DNA of 59,665 nucleotides, counting the filler, from Sphacelaria rigidula (lineage: Eukaryota): assembly GCA_964200075.2 (NCBI GenBank). It is 4 parts of 4 records of this genome, joined end to end, with 100 filler letters (N's around TTAATTAATTAA, not from the genome) between each part and the next. Parts side by side here need not be neighbours in the genome. Positions count along the whole stretch, not along the records: positions 1 to 14,846 come from CAXNAA020002020.1; 3 more parts are not named here. One strand, given 5' to 3'. The translations under genes were made by a program, and so were the position numbers. Positions 1-13,800 of the stretch are shown piece after piece (within the stretch, counting starts at the first letter, position 1; the number at the start of each line of letters is the position of its first letter). The notes under the pieces are model-generated. The model made no database searches and was not told the origin of the DNA. It worked only from the letters and a program-made list of their open reading frames with translations.

Positions 1-48
1 GATGGTTGAAAGAGCTAAAAGTTGAGAATGAGGTCGTAAGGGTGTGTC

Positions 49-140
49 GGGGGGGGGGGGGGGGGGGGGGGGGGGGTGCACTCATTTGTTGCTTGCCTTA
101 GTCGTTTGGCCATTGACCACGAATCCCTTTCGAGGCGGGG
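49..140 (-). mobile_element. 3' end of LINE retrotransposon with 28-nt C tail (G28 on + strand)
   Basis: ACTCATTTGTTGCTTGCCTTAGTCGTTTGGCCATTGACCACGAATCCCTTTCGAG matches the 3' end of the RT-bearing LINE at 34819-36446 and the copies at 29718-29790 and 33407-33449; G run at 49-76. Confidence 0.75.
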
Positions 141-193
141 GGGGGCTCCGTGTCGACTTTTTTCTCTCGACAGACGCTTATGTGGTACGAAAA

Positions 194-481
194 ATGTGGC
201 CGAATCGGCACATCTCAAGAGCCTGAGGGTGGCTGACGGCTCCGAAAAGCACAAGAAATGGAGACCAGCAGGCGGGTTTACCCCGCCTTTCGACCACTTC
301 AGGGTGCACGCCACGTGGGGTTGAAAGCGAAGTAAGTTACGAGTAACAATGGAACATATGTGGCTGCATCGGCAGATCTCGAGAGCCTCCGGGTGGCTGA
401 CGCCCACAGGAAGTGAAAAAAGTGAAAAACAACAGGTGGGTTTACCTCGCCTTTCGGCCACTTTAGAGTGCACGCCACGTG
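194..481. repeat. Two diverged direct repeats of about 124 bp, period 164 bp
   Basis: 194-317 and 358-481 share ATGTGGC..ATCGGCA.ATCTC.AGAGCCT..GGGTGGCTGACG ... GGGTTTACC.CGCCTTTCG.CCACTT.AG.GTGCACGCCACGTG. Confidence 0.8.
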
Positions 482-1411
482 TGCTTTCCCTTCATAATTA
501 CCCGAAACTTTACATATCTCGCACGCATCACTATTTACATCATATATACGTATGCCGTTCCTTTTTCCCGCACGCGTGTGCGCTCTAACAACGACGGCGG
601 AAAAATGAGCGCCAGTCGAAAATTCCCGCCTCTTCGGCGTCGCGGGGAAAAATCGACAAACGTACGAGTAGCTAACCGCTGTGAACCTTACGTAAGCGTA
701 GGCAGCAACCCCCGCTCCCAACGTCATTGTACGTATATATCACGTATTTTCCCTTTCCCGTCCAATCACACGAAGTGTCTACGCTTTCGCCACGTCTGTG
801 CAACAAGTTGGTCGGTAGCTGACTCGTGTCGTGCAGGGACGGACCACTGATCGCGACGGGGGTTGATTGAAGACCACGACTGCATGAAGAACAATTTATT
901 TATTCTCTACGGTGGTGGTGAAAGATACGGTAGCAAAAATAAGTGGAGGAAAGTAGTGAACACAAGAATTATGTATATGTGGGGGTGTCACAAAGCCTTC
1001 CTCCGTCGCGGACAAAGTGTCCGAAATCGCCACCGTACGCACAATGTCAGAGCAGTTTCTTGTTGTCACGCTGCATGCAATAATGATGAGTGGTTTCAAG
1101 GCGGTATCTTGCGCATTAACATCGCTCTTTCGTTTGTATTGCTCTCCAGCACGAGATCAAGAACGGACACCATAATATAAAAATATTCAAGGTGTATCGT
1201 GCAATTGCCACGCTATCATGACACACTGTTGTTATTATTGTATCGCTTGAAACAACGAAGAAACTCGTCGACAACAGATGGACATTTCCCAGCGAACAAT
1301 TGATGGCGGCGGTTGCGCTCTCTTCACGTCGTTGCTACGCGCACCTCCCCCTCCCCTCGCACAGCCCATTTTTAGCTGTAATGTACAGTCGGGTATGTTC
1401 CCACGTGGATT

Positions 1412-1793
1412 CCCTTCACCACTACACCCCGAGGGCAGTCCATCTGGATCATGCATCCTTTTATCGAGTGGAATTGATGCCGATGTAACAGATGACCTAC
1501 TTGCGCTGTCCAAGGGTTAACCCTTAGACCGCGAAGGTAGGTCACCTGCTGAATCGGCATCAATTTTCACTTGAAAAAAGTACCCGTGGTCCAGATGGAC
1601 TACCCGCACCGCGGTCTAAGGGTGAACCCCTTTGGGACCGGACTCCCAGAAACAGGTGGTTGGCACCCAGGGGCGTTTCTGTGGATCGGCATCATTTTTA
1701 CTTGGAAACGACTGAAAATAGTGCCGATTCACAGAAACGCCCCTGCGTGCAAACAACATGGTTCTGGGAGTCCGGAGTCCGGTCCCAAAAGGG
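1412..1793. mobile_element. Cluster of three piggyBac-like MITEs (CCC...GGG ends, TTAA sites)
   Basis: TTAA at 1517-1520 and 1794-1797, TGAA at 1623-1626. Element 1521-1622 has TIR CCCTTAGACCGCG/CGCGGTCTAAGGG; 1627-1793 is a near-complete hairpin; 1412-1516 is an inverted, diverged copy of 1521-1622. Confidence 0.7.
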
Positions 1794-2182
1794 TTAATTG
1801 GGCCTCAGCACCTTTTCGGAATAACGTCACCGAGTATAAGGTTTTGCGTCAGGAACCCAGACATTCTCGGTGATCAGCTCCACTCTCTTGACGACGCAAC
1901 ATCATCTCCAATGGCAATAAACCGTCTGCAAATGCCTTTTCATGACATTATTCCATTCCCTAAAATTGTTTCATACGTACCGGGGCAGAGATGGGTTGAT
2001 CCGTTGAGACCGCGGACTCATCCCGAGGAAGGGGAGGGGTTCAAAATGTGAGGGAAAAAAATAAAAACGATACTGCTTCCAAATGTTCACGCAAACAAAT
2101 TAGCTGCTTATTCCGTTTTTCCCCCAGCGGTTCACCTGTGGCATCTGTGGCGTTGTCAGCTGCTCTGATTCCCACTTCCCAG

Positions 2183-2183
<1 letters not shown>

Positions 2184-2229
<46 letters not shown>

Positions 2230-2527
2230 CGCAACAGCCGGGGTCACACAGGAGGAAGGACAGCACATAAACTTTTTCTTTTTTTCACCTTTACTACCCC
2301 ACCTTCCTTCTGTGGTGCTTGCCTTTGTTTTTTACCGCGAGAAGGGTTCGGCGTTCCCTTTCCCTCGTCGACCGTTAAGTCCAATTTTGTGTACCCACGA
2401 CATATTCGCTCTTCACTGTTGGGCATGGTGTGAGAAAAGATTCCAGATCGCTCCGGGAATCGAACCTCCTCCTCAACCATCAGAAGGTCACGAGGTTACC
2501 AACTACTGAGCCACCGGGGCGACCGGC
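2184..2527 (-). mobile_element. tRNA-derived SINE ending in (CA)n
   Basis: Minus strand head GCCGGTCGCCCCGGTGGCTCAGTAGTTGGTAA has an A box (2497-2513) and B box GGTTCGATTCC (2456-2466); body is homologous to 29891-30129; (TG)n at 2184-2227. Confidence 0.75.
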
Positions 2528-4459
2528 AAGATTATCAAATTTGCTTGTACCTGATACGTCCACACTATCCTTCATGTTCTCAACCATATGAGAAAATTAG
2601 TAGCGTGGACGAATCAGAAACGAGGGAATGCGATTCGACCGCACGGTTTCGACACGAAAACAATTTGATAAGACACGGCCCAAGTTTCTTCCACTACTGT
2701 TATTGTGGCCCAAAGAAATGCTGATAATATTCGAGTACAGTTACTGCGCGATCCTACTGTTGTCTGTATCCTTCGCAGGAAGAAGATGATGATGACAACG
2801 ATAGAGGATCATCAGCAGCACACATCGTTGGATGCAACGACAGTATAGCACAAAAACAGTACAGATAAGCAGCAGTAAAATTCAATCAAGAAGATGTGTT
2901 TGATATTGCGTGGTGTGTGCATTGTTGAATCAGGGTTCGGCGCTCCGTGCTTGTGCACAACACTGAGAGCAGCTCATCAATCTGCACTCAGCCAAGCATC
3001 ATATTTATATATTATGGAGTTTCGGGAAACAATCTTTCTAGCCAAAAGCTATTAATACTGACTGTATTTCCCATCCACACACGACACAGATCTGCCTGTA
3101 CTTTACAGTAAACAGAAATCTCACTTTTATAGAGAATTTGGAAGATTCTTTCTTGGATTCCAAAAACCGCTGTGATCTATTTCCCACTTTCGAAGATACT
3201 GTTTCCGAAGTATACGAATCTCACCGAAAAAATAAATCAAGTAGTCCTGCTCCTATTACGGGCGGGTACTAGAAATGTCCGTGTGTACGATCGATGCCTG
3301 AAACTTGCAAAACGACCAGAAATGCGTATATATGATGAATGCCACTCTGGCGTCTCTCGAGAACTGCAACAGCATCAAAAGTCCCAACAGAGGGCACGCG
3401 GGGATTGGCTTATAGTATCTATATCAAGAGCAGAAATCGCGCTTAAGTGCAGAAAAAAAAATATCAAGAGATTTGCATCAGCCCCTACTACGCGGAGTTC
3501 ACAGTCTGACTTGTTTACAGTAGTCTGGCTGATGGAGCGAATTGAATCTTGAGGGCGTGCTGACTACCATTTACAAATACCGTTTCCCATGAGAGACCCG
3601 ATCGCACCATCCCTAAGATGGCATTGCACAAGACCCTTGTGTACTCGTTTTATCAGCAGCGAGCTTCCTTTTTCACAGACTCCAATCATTGCACAAGGGT
3701 GAACAAGCAAGGCCTACGTGCCACAGGCAGTATGTATGCATTCTGAAGCATTCCTGCAGAAGGTGCGGGTTTTTGAATTTTCATTACAAAGATCTGAAGA
3801 TCTTGATAAATTATATAGCAAATTATCTAGTACCATTGGAGACATGCCATGACACACATCCCCCATCCCTGGGAGTTCAACCCATTAGACTTACGGAAAC
3901 CCCTTTCCCCAGGGTTTCCAACTGTGACAAAAAAAAAAAACCGTTCTCCAGGGTCTCGGATTGTGCCTCCCCCCTCCCTTGACTTCGAACGGGAAACCCT
4001 CGGCTCTCCGTGCAATCAACCGAAAAGTGGCCTGTGCTCCAAACACCCACCACCTTCACTCCACTTACCCACCGAGCCCCCCCGTCGATCTCCCGCATCT
4101 TCTCCCAGTCCGGCGGTGCTGTCAAGGCTGAGGTTCTTATCCAGTCCCCATCTAAATTTCTACATCTGTCGCTTGTTCCCCGACACAACGATTCCCGTGT
4201 CCTTCCTTCTCGGATACATAACCAATACAGCAACCCCGCCGCCCTTCCCGTGCTTACTGAGAGAAAGCCGTCCACCCCGCATCAAACGAGGCCTTCATTG
4301 CGAGGAAGAGCTTGGTGCCGAGCTTGCGAGATCATCACCACCTTGACCAACAGCAGCAGCTGAAAAGAAGCAGGGAATAGTTTTCGCTATTTCTCCACTT
4401 TCCCGGTGGGCAACGTGAAAACTGCACCGACATCATCTCGTGTCCCACGTCCCAGGAAA

Positions 4460-7400
4460 ATGGCAATGCGAAGACTGAACTGCGCAGTACAAAACTATGC
4501 CTGGGGCAAACGAGGGTCAGACTCCAAGGTTGCCCAGCTCAAGACGCTTGAGCGAGAAGGCTTTGAAACGGAAGAAGACAAGATGTACGCCGAGTTGTGG
4601 ATGGGTACGCACCCGAACGGCCCGAGTCGTGTTATGCCTGAGGCTGGTGATTTGATCGAGGGAGCAGAGGAAGGACACGCCGGAATTTTTCTGATTGAGC
4701 TTTTGGAGACCCACCCCCATTACCTGGGAGACCTCGAGTTCATCGGCGACTTGCCTTTCATGTTCAAGGTCCTTTCTATCAACAAGGCTCTGAGTATTCA
4801 GGTAAGACAAGTGGTTAAGATGAGTAGGCTCGAGTTGTCCCAGACGGGCATCCACGCTCGCACTGAGCGGTGTGTTGGGATTTCTTATGGTTTGTCCACA
4901 TTTGGGTGAAAGTTTGACTGTGGGCATGTATTTTTGTTTCGCTTAAAATTTTTCTAGGGGTCCATGTCTTACCGTCCTCTCATGGCGTCTGGCGGCCGTT
5001 TGGTTGGTTGGTTTCGGCGGAAAAATAGGTTTTCGTATCATTTTTTTTGTCCCATGAGTCGAAGCATGATCTGTATCAGCTCAAGCACATGGCGCCGACA
5101 GAGTAGGCGCTTTGTCTAGGTGCTCATGTTCTCGGGGAAAGAGGGGGAAATTCTTTGGATGTTTTCGTTTACACTTGGCGCTCTTGCTCTGAATTCATGG
5201 TGCTTGTGTCTGTGTATGCAGGCGGGCTATGTCTCTTCTATTCCATGTGAGATCATTACAACGAAAAATGCGCGCGTTTTCGTGGGGGCAGGGGCACACT
5301 GCGCCCGCCGACAGTGTACATTACTGTCTCGCGGATCATTGCCATAAAATGTTGATCGTATGCGTCCAAACAGCTGCACCTGGCACTCCGTACATTGCCG
5401 CACCGAGTGTAGCGGCCACGGCTCATCTGGTTCGGATACAAACCATTTACCCCCTTCAAATGGCTGCAGGAGAAATTATTAGGCTTGTATGTTCCATGAC
5501 CCGTCTGGACCTTTATCCAACATATCAGGGTCATCACGAGCTTTTCACACGTGAAACGTTTGGCTCGAGAGTTCTTCGTTTTCATCTGCTGGCGCCCTTC
5601 CGGAGTCGTGGTTTCACAAACGCCTGCCGTAGCGACTTGAATTATCCATGACCCTACGCACACAAGAAAGTGCCCGTGGATGGTAAGGACATCCAGAGTA
5701 CGTGAAGCGGAAGTTGCTTGTGCTAGGACCATACTACCTCGTATCTAAATGTTCTCGCATACTGCCCATCGCCGTCTGAGCCTCACAGAACGGCCATCTC
5801 GCACGAAGTGACTCGAACAATCCGATTCAAGTACAAAATAGGAACTTGGTGTTGAGTGGATCTTTACTGTGGTTCGTGAGGAGACACGCGCAAATGTATA
5901 AGTCGTCCAAGGAGCTGGCTCTAACCAAAAGCGCACGTGGGTTTGTGTACGTATTGAACAGACACTTCATCACATCTCGTTGTTGGAGCTGAGACATGTC
6001 TGTCGGGTATCTCGGCCGACCCTCCATCCAGAGTTGGCCGAAGGCAAATGACGTCGTGAATCTTCGCCGGCACCTTTATTTTTGCAATATGTTCCGATTG
6101 TCCATCTCTTCCATTTCGCAATGTGTTCGGATTATTCATCTTACTCACGATGCAATGATAGGCGCACCCCGATAAGAAGCTGGCGGAGCGACTGTACGCG
6201 ACGAGACCGGATTTGTATAAGGATGACAATCACAAGCCTGAAATGGCCGTGGCGCTTTCGGACTTCGAGGGTCTGTGCGGATTTAGGCCCTTCGAGGAAA
6301 TCGTCTTCAACCTTCACAGGTACAGTCATACTGTGAACTTGCACAAAAAATCAAATCCAGCAGCTAACATGCACTATCCATGTACCAAGTGCGGGTGGTA
6401 CATGGTACGCACACTTTGATGTCAGCAGGAGTGCGAGCAAAGCGTGATAACTGCTTGACTGCTGTGGAACAGAACCTCGTCGTCGCGCAGTTCACCAGGC
6501 TGTGCTGCTCTAAATATTTCAACTTCAGCTACTCTGTAGAGTGTGTCCTCAATTACAGGCGAACGTAACAGTCACGCGCGGGGGAGGAAACATTGGTTGT
6601 ACGACTTGTCACAACAACAATTTCGTTCACCGATGCTGATCATACAAGTCATCACTCGTTATTTCGCGAATCTGAACTTGGCGCCATAGTGCTGGCCCTA
6701 ATCTCGATCGGCGTCAACTGGTGCTGGCATACGGGTTTGCAGACTGTACAACCTCGCCCGCCGACTTGTGAAATGTTGGAAAAATAATATCCAGCAGCCA
6801 TCGTAGATAAGCCGTGAAAAAAGTCACATCATCAACAGTCAATCTCAGATATTCCGAAGTTCCCGTTGCGGGTGTCGCGTGCCTCCTAAAGGGTGAAAAT
6901 GTGTCCTGTCCCGTGCTGGTGTACAAATTATCCACCCGGCGACTAACTTATTTTCTAAGAGCTGTCACTGGTGTGGTGGACTGTTTGAATGAACCTCACC
7001 TGAACGATTTTTTGTGTGGGCAACTTATTCTACGGCAAGCCGAGTAGAATGATTCAAGAACGCCCAGTCGTGGTGATTTCAGGTCATGGCTCGAGGAGAG
7101 GTTGGAAAAAACGAAGACTTATTGTACGTCGTGGTGATATCATTAAGCTCGTAGCACCTCGATGGTGCCCGTTTTTCGGGTAAGTTCAACCCTCGTCACA
7201 CTAGTTTTTCCTCGGTTGATGACATTGGGCAAGATTCACGCTTTATACTATGTGCATACGAGCTGGACTTTAATATCCCTATTCCAGCCACACTTGACAC
7301 TTCCGTGCACACGGCACGTACTACGTACACATCGAAGCGACCCCTCAGATGCTGCGGTACTCGAACTGTGTAAGTTGTGCTGTGCGCACCATATCTCGGA

Positions 7401-10400
7401 CTGTCGTGAGCCATAGCATATATGCTGTCCGCCCTACCGATTGTCCAACAGGTATCCTGAGCTGCGAGGATTGGTGTCCTTATCAGCCATGCGAGCGATG
7501 TGCAGCATGCCCGAAAAGCTGGAAGACCAGAGGGACGCTTTGAGGAAACTGTTCAACTCGTATATCACCGCTAAGCCGGAGATTGTCGCGACTCAGGTCA
7601 ACGCCCTGGTTCAGCGACTAGGCCCTCGAGTCAACCCTTATGACGATGGTGGCTTCTCTTCGGACGGGAGCATGGTGAGTCATGAATCAACACTAAACAG
7701 TCAACAAACATGGCAGTTTTCGGGTGCAGCGCCGTCTTTCAGATCCCAATTCCAACCCTTCCCCGGTATCGCGGACATGTAACTGATATGCGACGTCCCT
7801 GGCTGTTCGTTGGACGCCAGGCATGTCCGAGTCAAACTTGGCATATATTTCCAAAGCGGCGAAGGACTCTGGTATTTCATAGTGTTGGAGGCAACGTATT
7901 TGTTCCCGACTATCTTCCACCGCGCTGTAGTCGGGTAGGTTTCCTGCACCTTGTTCCCTTGCGGGTCGTGGTATCGGTCGGTCAAAGTGCAGTCGACCGG
8001 TAATTGCTACAAACCCCCTCCAAGTGCACGTGTACAAATCATACCTCACGCGTACTCATCTTTTCTCGACGATGCGGAATATAACACGGTGCACGTTATT
8101 CTGACATTTGTTTTTGGCAACTCTTGCCGAGGCCCGATGCTTGTAGGATGGTATGGCTTCGTGCCTCGATCACTTTTGACACTATGATGGTCGTCGGTCG
8201 TGGCCTTCACGAGTACATGTCCATCCCCCTCTCGTGCGTAGACGACCCCGTCATCATTTCGAAAATGCCCCCGACGGATCTACTTCTGCTTCATCTTTCA
8301 TGTAACTTCAAAATTTCGGCATATCGTTGGTCATGCAGACGCAAAAAGACGGAGCAGATGCGAGATTCGTGACTATGACGACTGCAACTATTCTATTGCT
8401 GGTCAAGCTGAACAAAATGGTTTCCAGGAGCTCTCGATTTACCCTAACTTGAGACACGTGTCTTAACTTCATCGTACGTCATAATTTATAGCTCGTGTCG
8501 TGTGATCGTAAATGTACATGGTACTGTAAACTGCTGTCCACGTTTGAATTCCGCTCGAGGACCCAACCCTGTGTTCCTCCTCGAGAAGCGCCGTGCATTT
8601 GTGTGTAACAAATGTTCCACCAATTGACGAACATTGAACCACGTTACCGCACTCGGTATTGTTCACGATTCTTTCTGTACACCTCAGGCACAACATTTGA
8701 AATCCGTACATGATACTTTGTATGTCCGAATCCGAAACCTGATGCTTTTCGAAGTCACCCGGAGGGCCCTGGTGTCTCTTGATACGACGATGCCGTACTG
8801 CAAAAGTATCATTTGTCGAATCAGGATTAATTTTCAACAGTAACTGTATTGCCAGATGATGAACTCGTTGTTGAAGACTCAGCAGTACGCGCAGTTGGTC
8901 CGTTTGGCCCAGGGGACTGGCGCTTGTCCTTTTAGTGAAATAGGGACTGGACTACACGTAGTTGAGGTCATGAAATTGATGGAGACTATCGCAGACATTT
9001 TCCTTTGCAGTGGGTCGGGCCGCATGACGTAATCTATGGAAGGATGCGGAACCTTGATTGTTGCATGGCGTTCATTTCAGAGCTGCTGTCGTGCAATCAG
9101 GACAGGGCACTGGTTTTGATCTCATGGATGCTTGTCGCCCTTCCACAGCCACCGTTACGTTGTGGGTAACTCAACTTTGTTGAGATGACGTGTGGACCAA
9201 CGTGTGGAGGCGTCAGATATATCAAATATGCTAGTAACTGACATACTGCATTGCACCCAGTGGTGAAAGTTATGATCACAGTACTATGAGCTGCACGCGT
9301 GTTGAAATGGTGTGGCCCACGAGAACAACGCGGGCATCTCATGGACGGAGAGCGGGTGTTGTACCGTGGGGTTGGAGTTTGCAGACGTCGAAATTTAGTC
9401 TCTAAATGATTTCTAATGCCAGAGTGTGGGCGGGTACCCTCGCCTCATGCGAATCCAGCTGCACTTTTCGCCTCCTTGCTCGACACGCCATCACATGACG
9501 TTGGCATCATCCTGCATGGACGTTGTGCGTGCCACCTCTGTAGATGGGTCCATGCCTTTTTCCATTCGCGTCTTCGCTTACCAGGTACCGTAGACGGTCA
9601 ATGCGTTTTTATCACGTTGATGCCGTTCGATTGCGGGGCAGGTGTCTACATAACACACAACAATTCAGCAATCAAACAACCTCTCATTTGTCATCCCCCA
9701 GGACCACACTGATCATGAGGACATTGACCTGGAGGACATCTACGGCGAGGACCTCGAGCACCGGGAAAAGGGAGAGGTGTTGCTGCGCCGGCTAAAGCGT
9801 GAAGATGTTCACGTGCAGGAGCTGATGCGCAGGTTGTCGGAGGAATACCCGGGGGACATCGGCATCATGATGCCTCTGCTGCTCAACTACATGAGGATGG
9901 AAGAGGGGGAGTCATTCTTCATGGCGGCTAATGAGCCTCACGCATACCTCAAGGGGGACATACTAGAGGTGAGGGCGCAAAACTTGTCAGTTGTAGGTCC
10001 ATTTTGGCATTATCTGCGGCGTCGGTGTGACTGGTCCGTCTTGAGAGTGCCGGGAGCTATCGCGTGTTGAACCCTTTCTTCACTGCCAGGTTTGATCATA
10101 GCTGAATCGACACCATCTGTAATTGGGCAAAGGGTAAGGTCCAGATGGACCGGCACCCACAACGATCGAACGGCTCCAAGTTTTGAAATGAGATGCGATC
10201 TTTCTATCTTCCTTCGTCGCACTGTCTGATACACAGATGTCTATTGGTGACGACTCTCATTCCATCCCATCCCAATTGACAACAGCAGTCGTGTGCACGC
10301 GTGTACAGCACAGATAGTGAAGTGAACAAGTCATGTAGTTCCTGTCCCCCTCCTCTTCCGTATCACGACGGATCATCGTCTGATTTTGTTGCCCCCCCCA

Positions 10401-10894
10401 CCCGGCCCCCCCCTCCTCCCTCCCCCTCCCTTTTGTGCCAGGTGATGGCCAGATCTGACAACGTTGTCCGCGTTGCCCTGACGCCCAAGTACCGAGACGT
10501 GCCTCTCCTGTGCGAGATTCTCACGTACCACATGGGCGCACCGCCCATCGTGAAGCCTATCCAGGAAGACAGCGTCTGTCGTCGCTTCACCCCGCCCATC
10601 GAAGATTTCGAACTCGACGACATGCGGATTCCTGCGGGAACGGAATATATCCCGTCCGTGCTGTCGGTGCCAGCAATCTACATCGTGTTGGAAGGGGAGG
10701 GTGACGGGACCGATGGAGTACGACAGACGGTGCTGAGGCCCGGGGTGGTCGTTTTCGTCGCCGCGAAGTCGGTCGTTACGTTCAACGCGAAATTGGGATC
10801 TCCGATGAGGGTTGTACGGACGCATACCAACGTGCACCTCGATGAGGTGGCTTCGAGTAACGGCGGCCTTCAAGTCGTGGCTCCGTTTGCTTGA
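4460..10894 (+). CDS. MPI: Mannose-6-phosphate isomerase, type I (phosphomannose isomerase); 5 exons, about 480 aa
   Basis: Exons 4460-4801, 6162-6319, 7452-7674, 9702-9968, 10442-10894, all GT-AG and phase-consistent (1443 nt). Motifs [89 protein letters not shown]; Zn ligands Q/H/E/H present. Confidence 0.96.
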
Positions 10895-13800
10895 TGTGAT
10901 TCGGAATCGGGGTCGTAAACTTGCCCGGATGATGGCGAAAGGATTCGCGGACTAGACTTGGAATTTCTCACCATCACCCGCCGTTCCTTGTGTAGCGGTT
11001 TCTTTTCCAGGAGGGAAGGAAGGGAATGACTGCTGCATGGTGGCTTCATGGATTTGTCAGCTTTTTCACTTTCCCCCAGTTTTTTGTCCAAGAAACGCTT
11101 TCGAGACACTCTTCATGTCCTTCCTTTCGCAAAATATTGGAGCTCCAGCGTGGCGAGTCGAGGTGATTCTTCCTTGCTTCCGTTGGTCTTTATTGCCTTG
11201 TTCTCTACGTTCGTTCTCTTGTTTGGCTCGAATCGATCGGGCGTCACAGTCAACTAAAACGTTCCCGTTTTTTCTTGCCTGCTGCATTCGGCCTGTGGCA
11301 TTCAGTGACTTGTAACGTGAACCTGAAGAGAGGACACCCAGATCTTTGAAACGGGTTTGTCTCCTTAGAGGTGCTGTCTCGAAGTATGACGAGGGAGCTG
11401 GTACAGGGGAGTCAGTGAAATTATCTCGAGAGCAGGGCGCTTTCTTTCGACTTGACATTGTGCAGCACAGGTACCCCAGTTGTACATACATGTATTTTTT
11501 GCTTTTTTGGGGGGACAGGAAATGCCGATGACGAAGCAAGTCGATGAACAATGCGTTACTACGCGGAAGGCGTTGCAGGAAAGCAGGTTCGACTTTTTGC
11601 TTCTTCAGGTGCAGTTTGACTGCTGATTCAGTAGAGGTCTGCGGTTGCGTCGAGTGCAGACTAATGGCTGATTTTCATAGGATCCCGCTTTTGGACGTGG
11701 CCCTTGGGCGCGCATACATGTAGTTCATCCGCGAGGCGAAGATGTGGGTAAGGCGCCTGTACGTGTGGACCTTGGGGGCATGTCATTTTGCCCATGAGCG
11801 TTTTTTTCCTGGACGCCGCGTTTCGCCAACACCCTACACAGGAGAGCGGTGCTAGACTATGGTAGATGACAGCTCTCGAGCTAACTTGGACTTGATAATC
11901 TGTCACATCTTGTGGCTCCAGATGTTTCTTCTTTACGCAGTTGTATCCCGAGTGTAGGATTCTCCTGTGCTCCTCCGTCACAGTTCGTCCTATGTCGTGC
12001 TTTCGCAGGCCAAGATAAACTGGACACGGTACTATTATTCATGGTATACATGATGAGATGCTGCGCACAAAGTTGGGTATATTTTGCATTTTGCAGTACG
12101 CGGTCTCACTTGGTAACGGGTGCAATTTGGGCGGGGGGCAGGAGGCATAGCGTCGCGACTTTTTCGTTCGACGTCTAGAAAGCTAAGATCTCGATTATTG
12201 ATGAGAGTCTCTTGCTTGGAGCATCTTACGCTGAAGGGTGATCCTTGTTTTTATTTTTCCCTCGATTTGGCCGAGGAGGTGCATGGAAGGCGCTTGGGCG
12301 ATTGTTGTCCGGCGGTCGAAGTTTTTGAGAATTTATATCGTGTGATGCGTTAGAAGCAGGGAAACATACTGGTCCCGCGTCCTCAGGATTCGATGTTGGG
12401 TGGTTTTGTGAATTTAGCGGGGTCAGTAATGGATGATGGTTGACTCCGTCGCCGGAAGAGGAGTGCGTCTCCCCTCGGGCGATGGCGTTGGCCATATCTG
12501 GGGGGTGCCAACAATAGTGGCTAGTGTAAAGCTTTCTGGCTTTTCGTGTAGAGATGGCACGGGCTCACTCTCGTGCGAAGCATGTCTCTGGGTGTAACAT
12601 ATGATTTTCCGTGTTCTTGAGTGTTGTGATGGTGCGTAAGGCCGTTTCGATTTTGTACCTCACGTTGATCCACGAATCTGGGTGGGCCCCATGAGAATCG
12701 TCCCTTCACTGGCCGGCGATGTACGCTATTCGGTCGGGGTGATTGATGTGATATGGTGGGTTGCCCAGGGGAGTGGGTTGTTACTCGCTTCGCAGGTTTG
12801 GCTGCCAGTCCAGTTCTTGGGGTGAGAAAATGTACAGATCAACTCGACCACGGGGACGGACGCCCTTGTGTATTCTATTCATTTGTGATCGATGACTTGT
12901 GATAAGAATCGCTTGTGGAGTATGCCAGTCACCGTGTCTTCCTAGTCCCATACGATTTTCGTCTTTTTGTATCTCATTTTTTTCGTGTTGCTACAATATT
13001 TTAGCTGGATGCGAGGGGGGGTATTCCCGAAATTGATACTGTGTGGGTGATCGCAATTTCATGTGGCGATGTGTTTTCCCAGGTGTTACGTCCGATTGCC
13101 GCTCTGTAATGTAACGATGCGTGCATGGTATATATCGTTGCAAGGGACAATGGATTGGCGAGCTTTTCTTGCGAGGTGGCTCGAAGATGAGAGTGGTTGT
13201 GTCATTTTTTTGTACCGTGGCGGTGTGATGTGAGTCTAGTGGATGGTTGAAATCAGATTCCGTCTGGTCTTGTGTTCGTTTTTGATTTCTCGATGTTTTT
13301 GTGATGAAGGCACGCACTTGGTCGGGTGATACTTGAGATGTCGCGTGTTCCCTTGAGGTGCTGCAACAAGATATTATATCATCCAGGAACTATAGTAAAG
13401 AATTAATCAAGATCTATTTATGTAAGGTTTTTCCCCCCCCGCCGTTGCCCTCGAGCCGCAGACGTCGTGTCCGCGAGGCTGGAGGAGCGACGCGAAGCAG
13501 TACAGCACTCGGCTGGTGCGGACACTTGGTGATTCCTACCACTGTCGTACTGTCGTACTGCCCCATGCCACGGTAGTGCGGGGACTGAGGGACTTCTACA
13601 AACTTCCCCTCGCCATCCCGCGAATACCACCCGTAACGCAGTCGTGATGTCGATCGTGGCACTTGGACCGAGTCAGCAATCCAGCTGTGGTGACATGATG
13701 AACGCGCCCGAGATGGAAACGAACCGGAGACACTCACTGGGACAAGGAGAATGAAACCCATGAGACGAACAGGCGAACATGGCGGGCTGAAGAATTGACG

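Noticed and set aside
2450-2527. Functional tRNA gene
   Set aside because: A and B boxes are present but the head runs into a dispersed repeat body and microsatellite; treated as a SINE.
3849-4346. Pro/Ser-rich ORFs upstream of MPI
   Set aside because: Low-complexity promoter/5' UTR region; MPI homology begins at ATG 4460.
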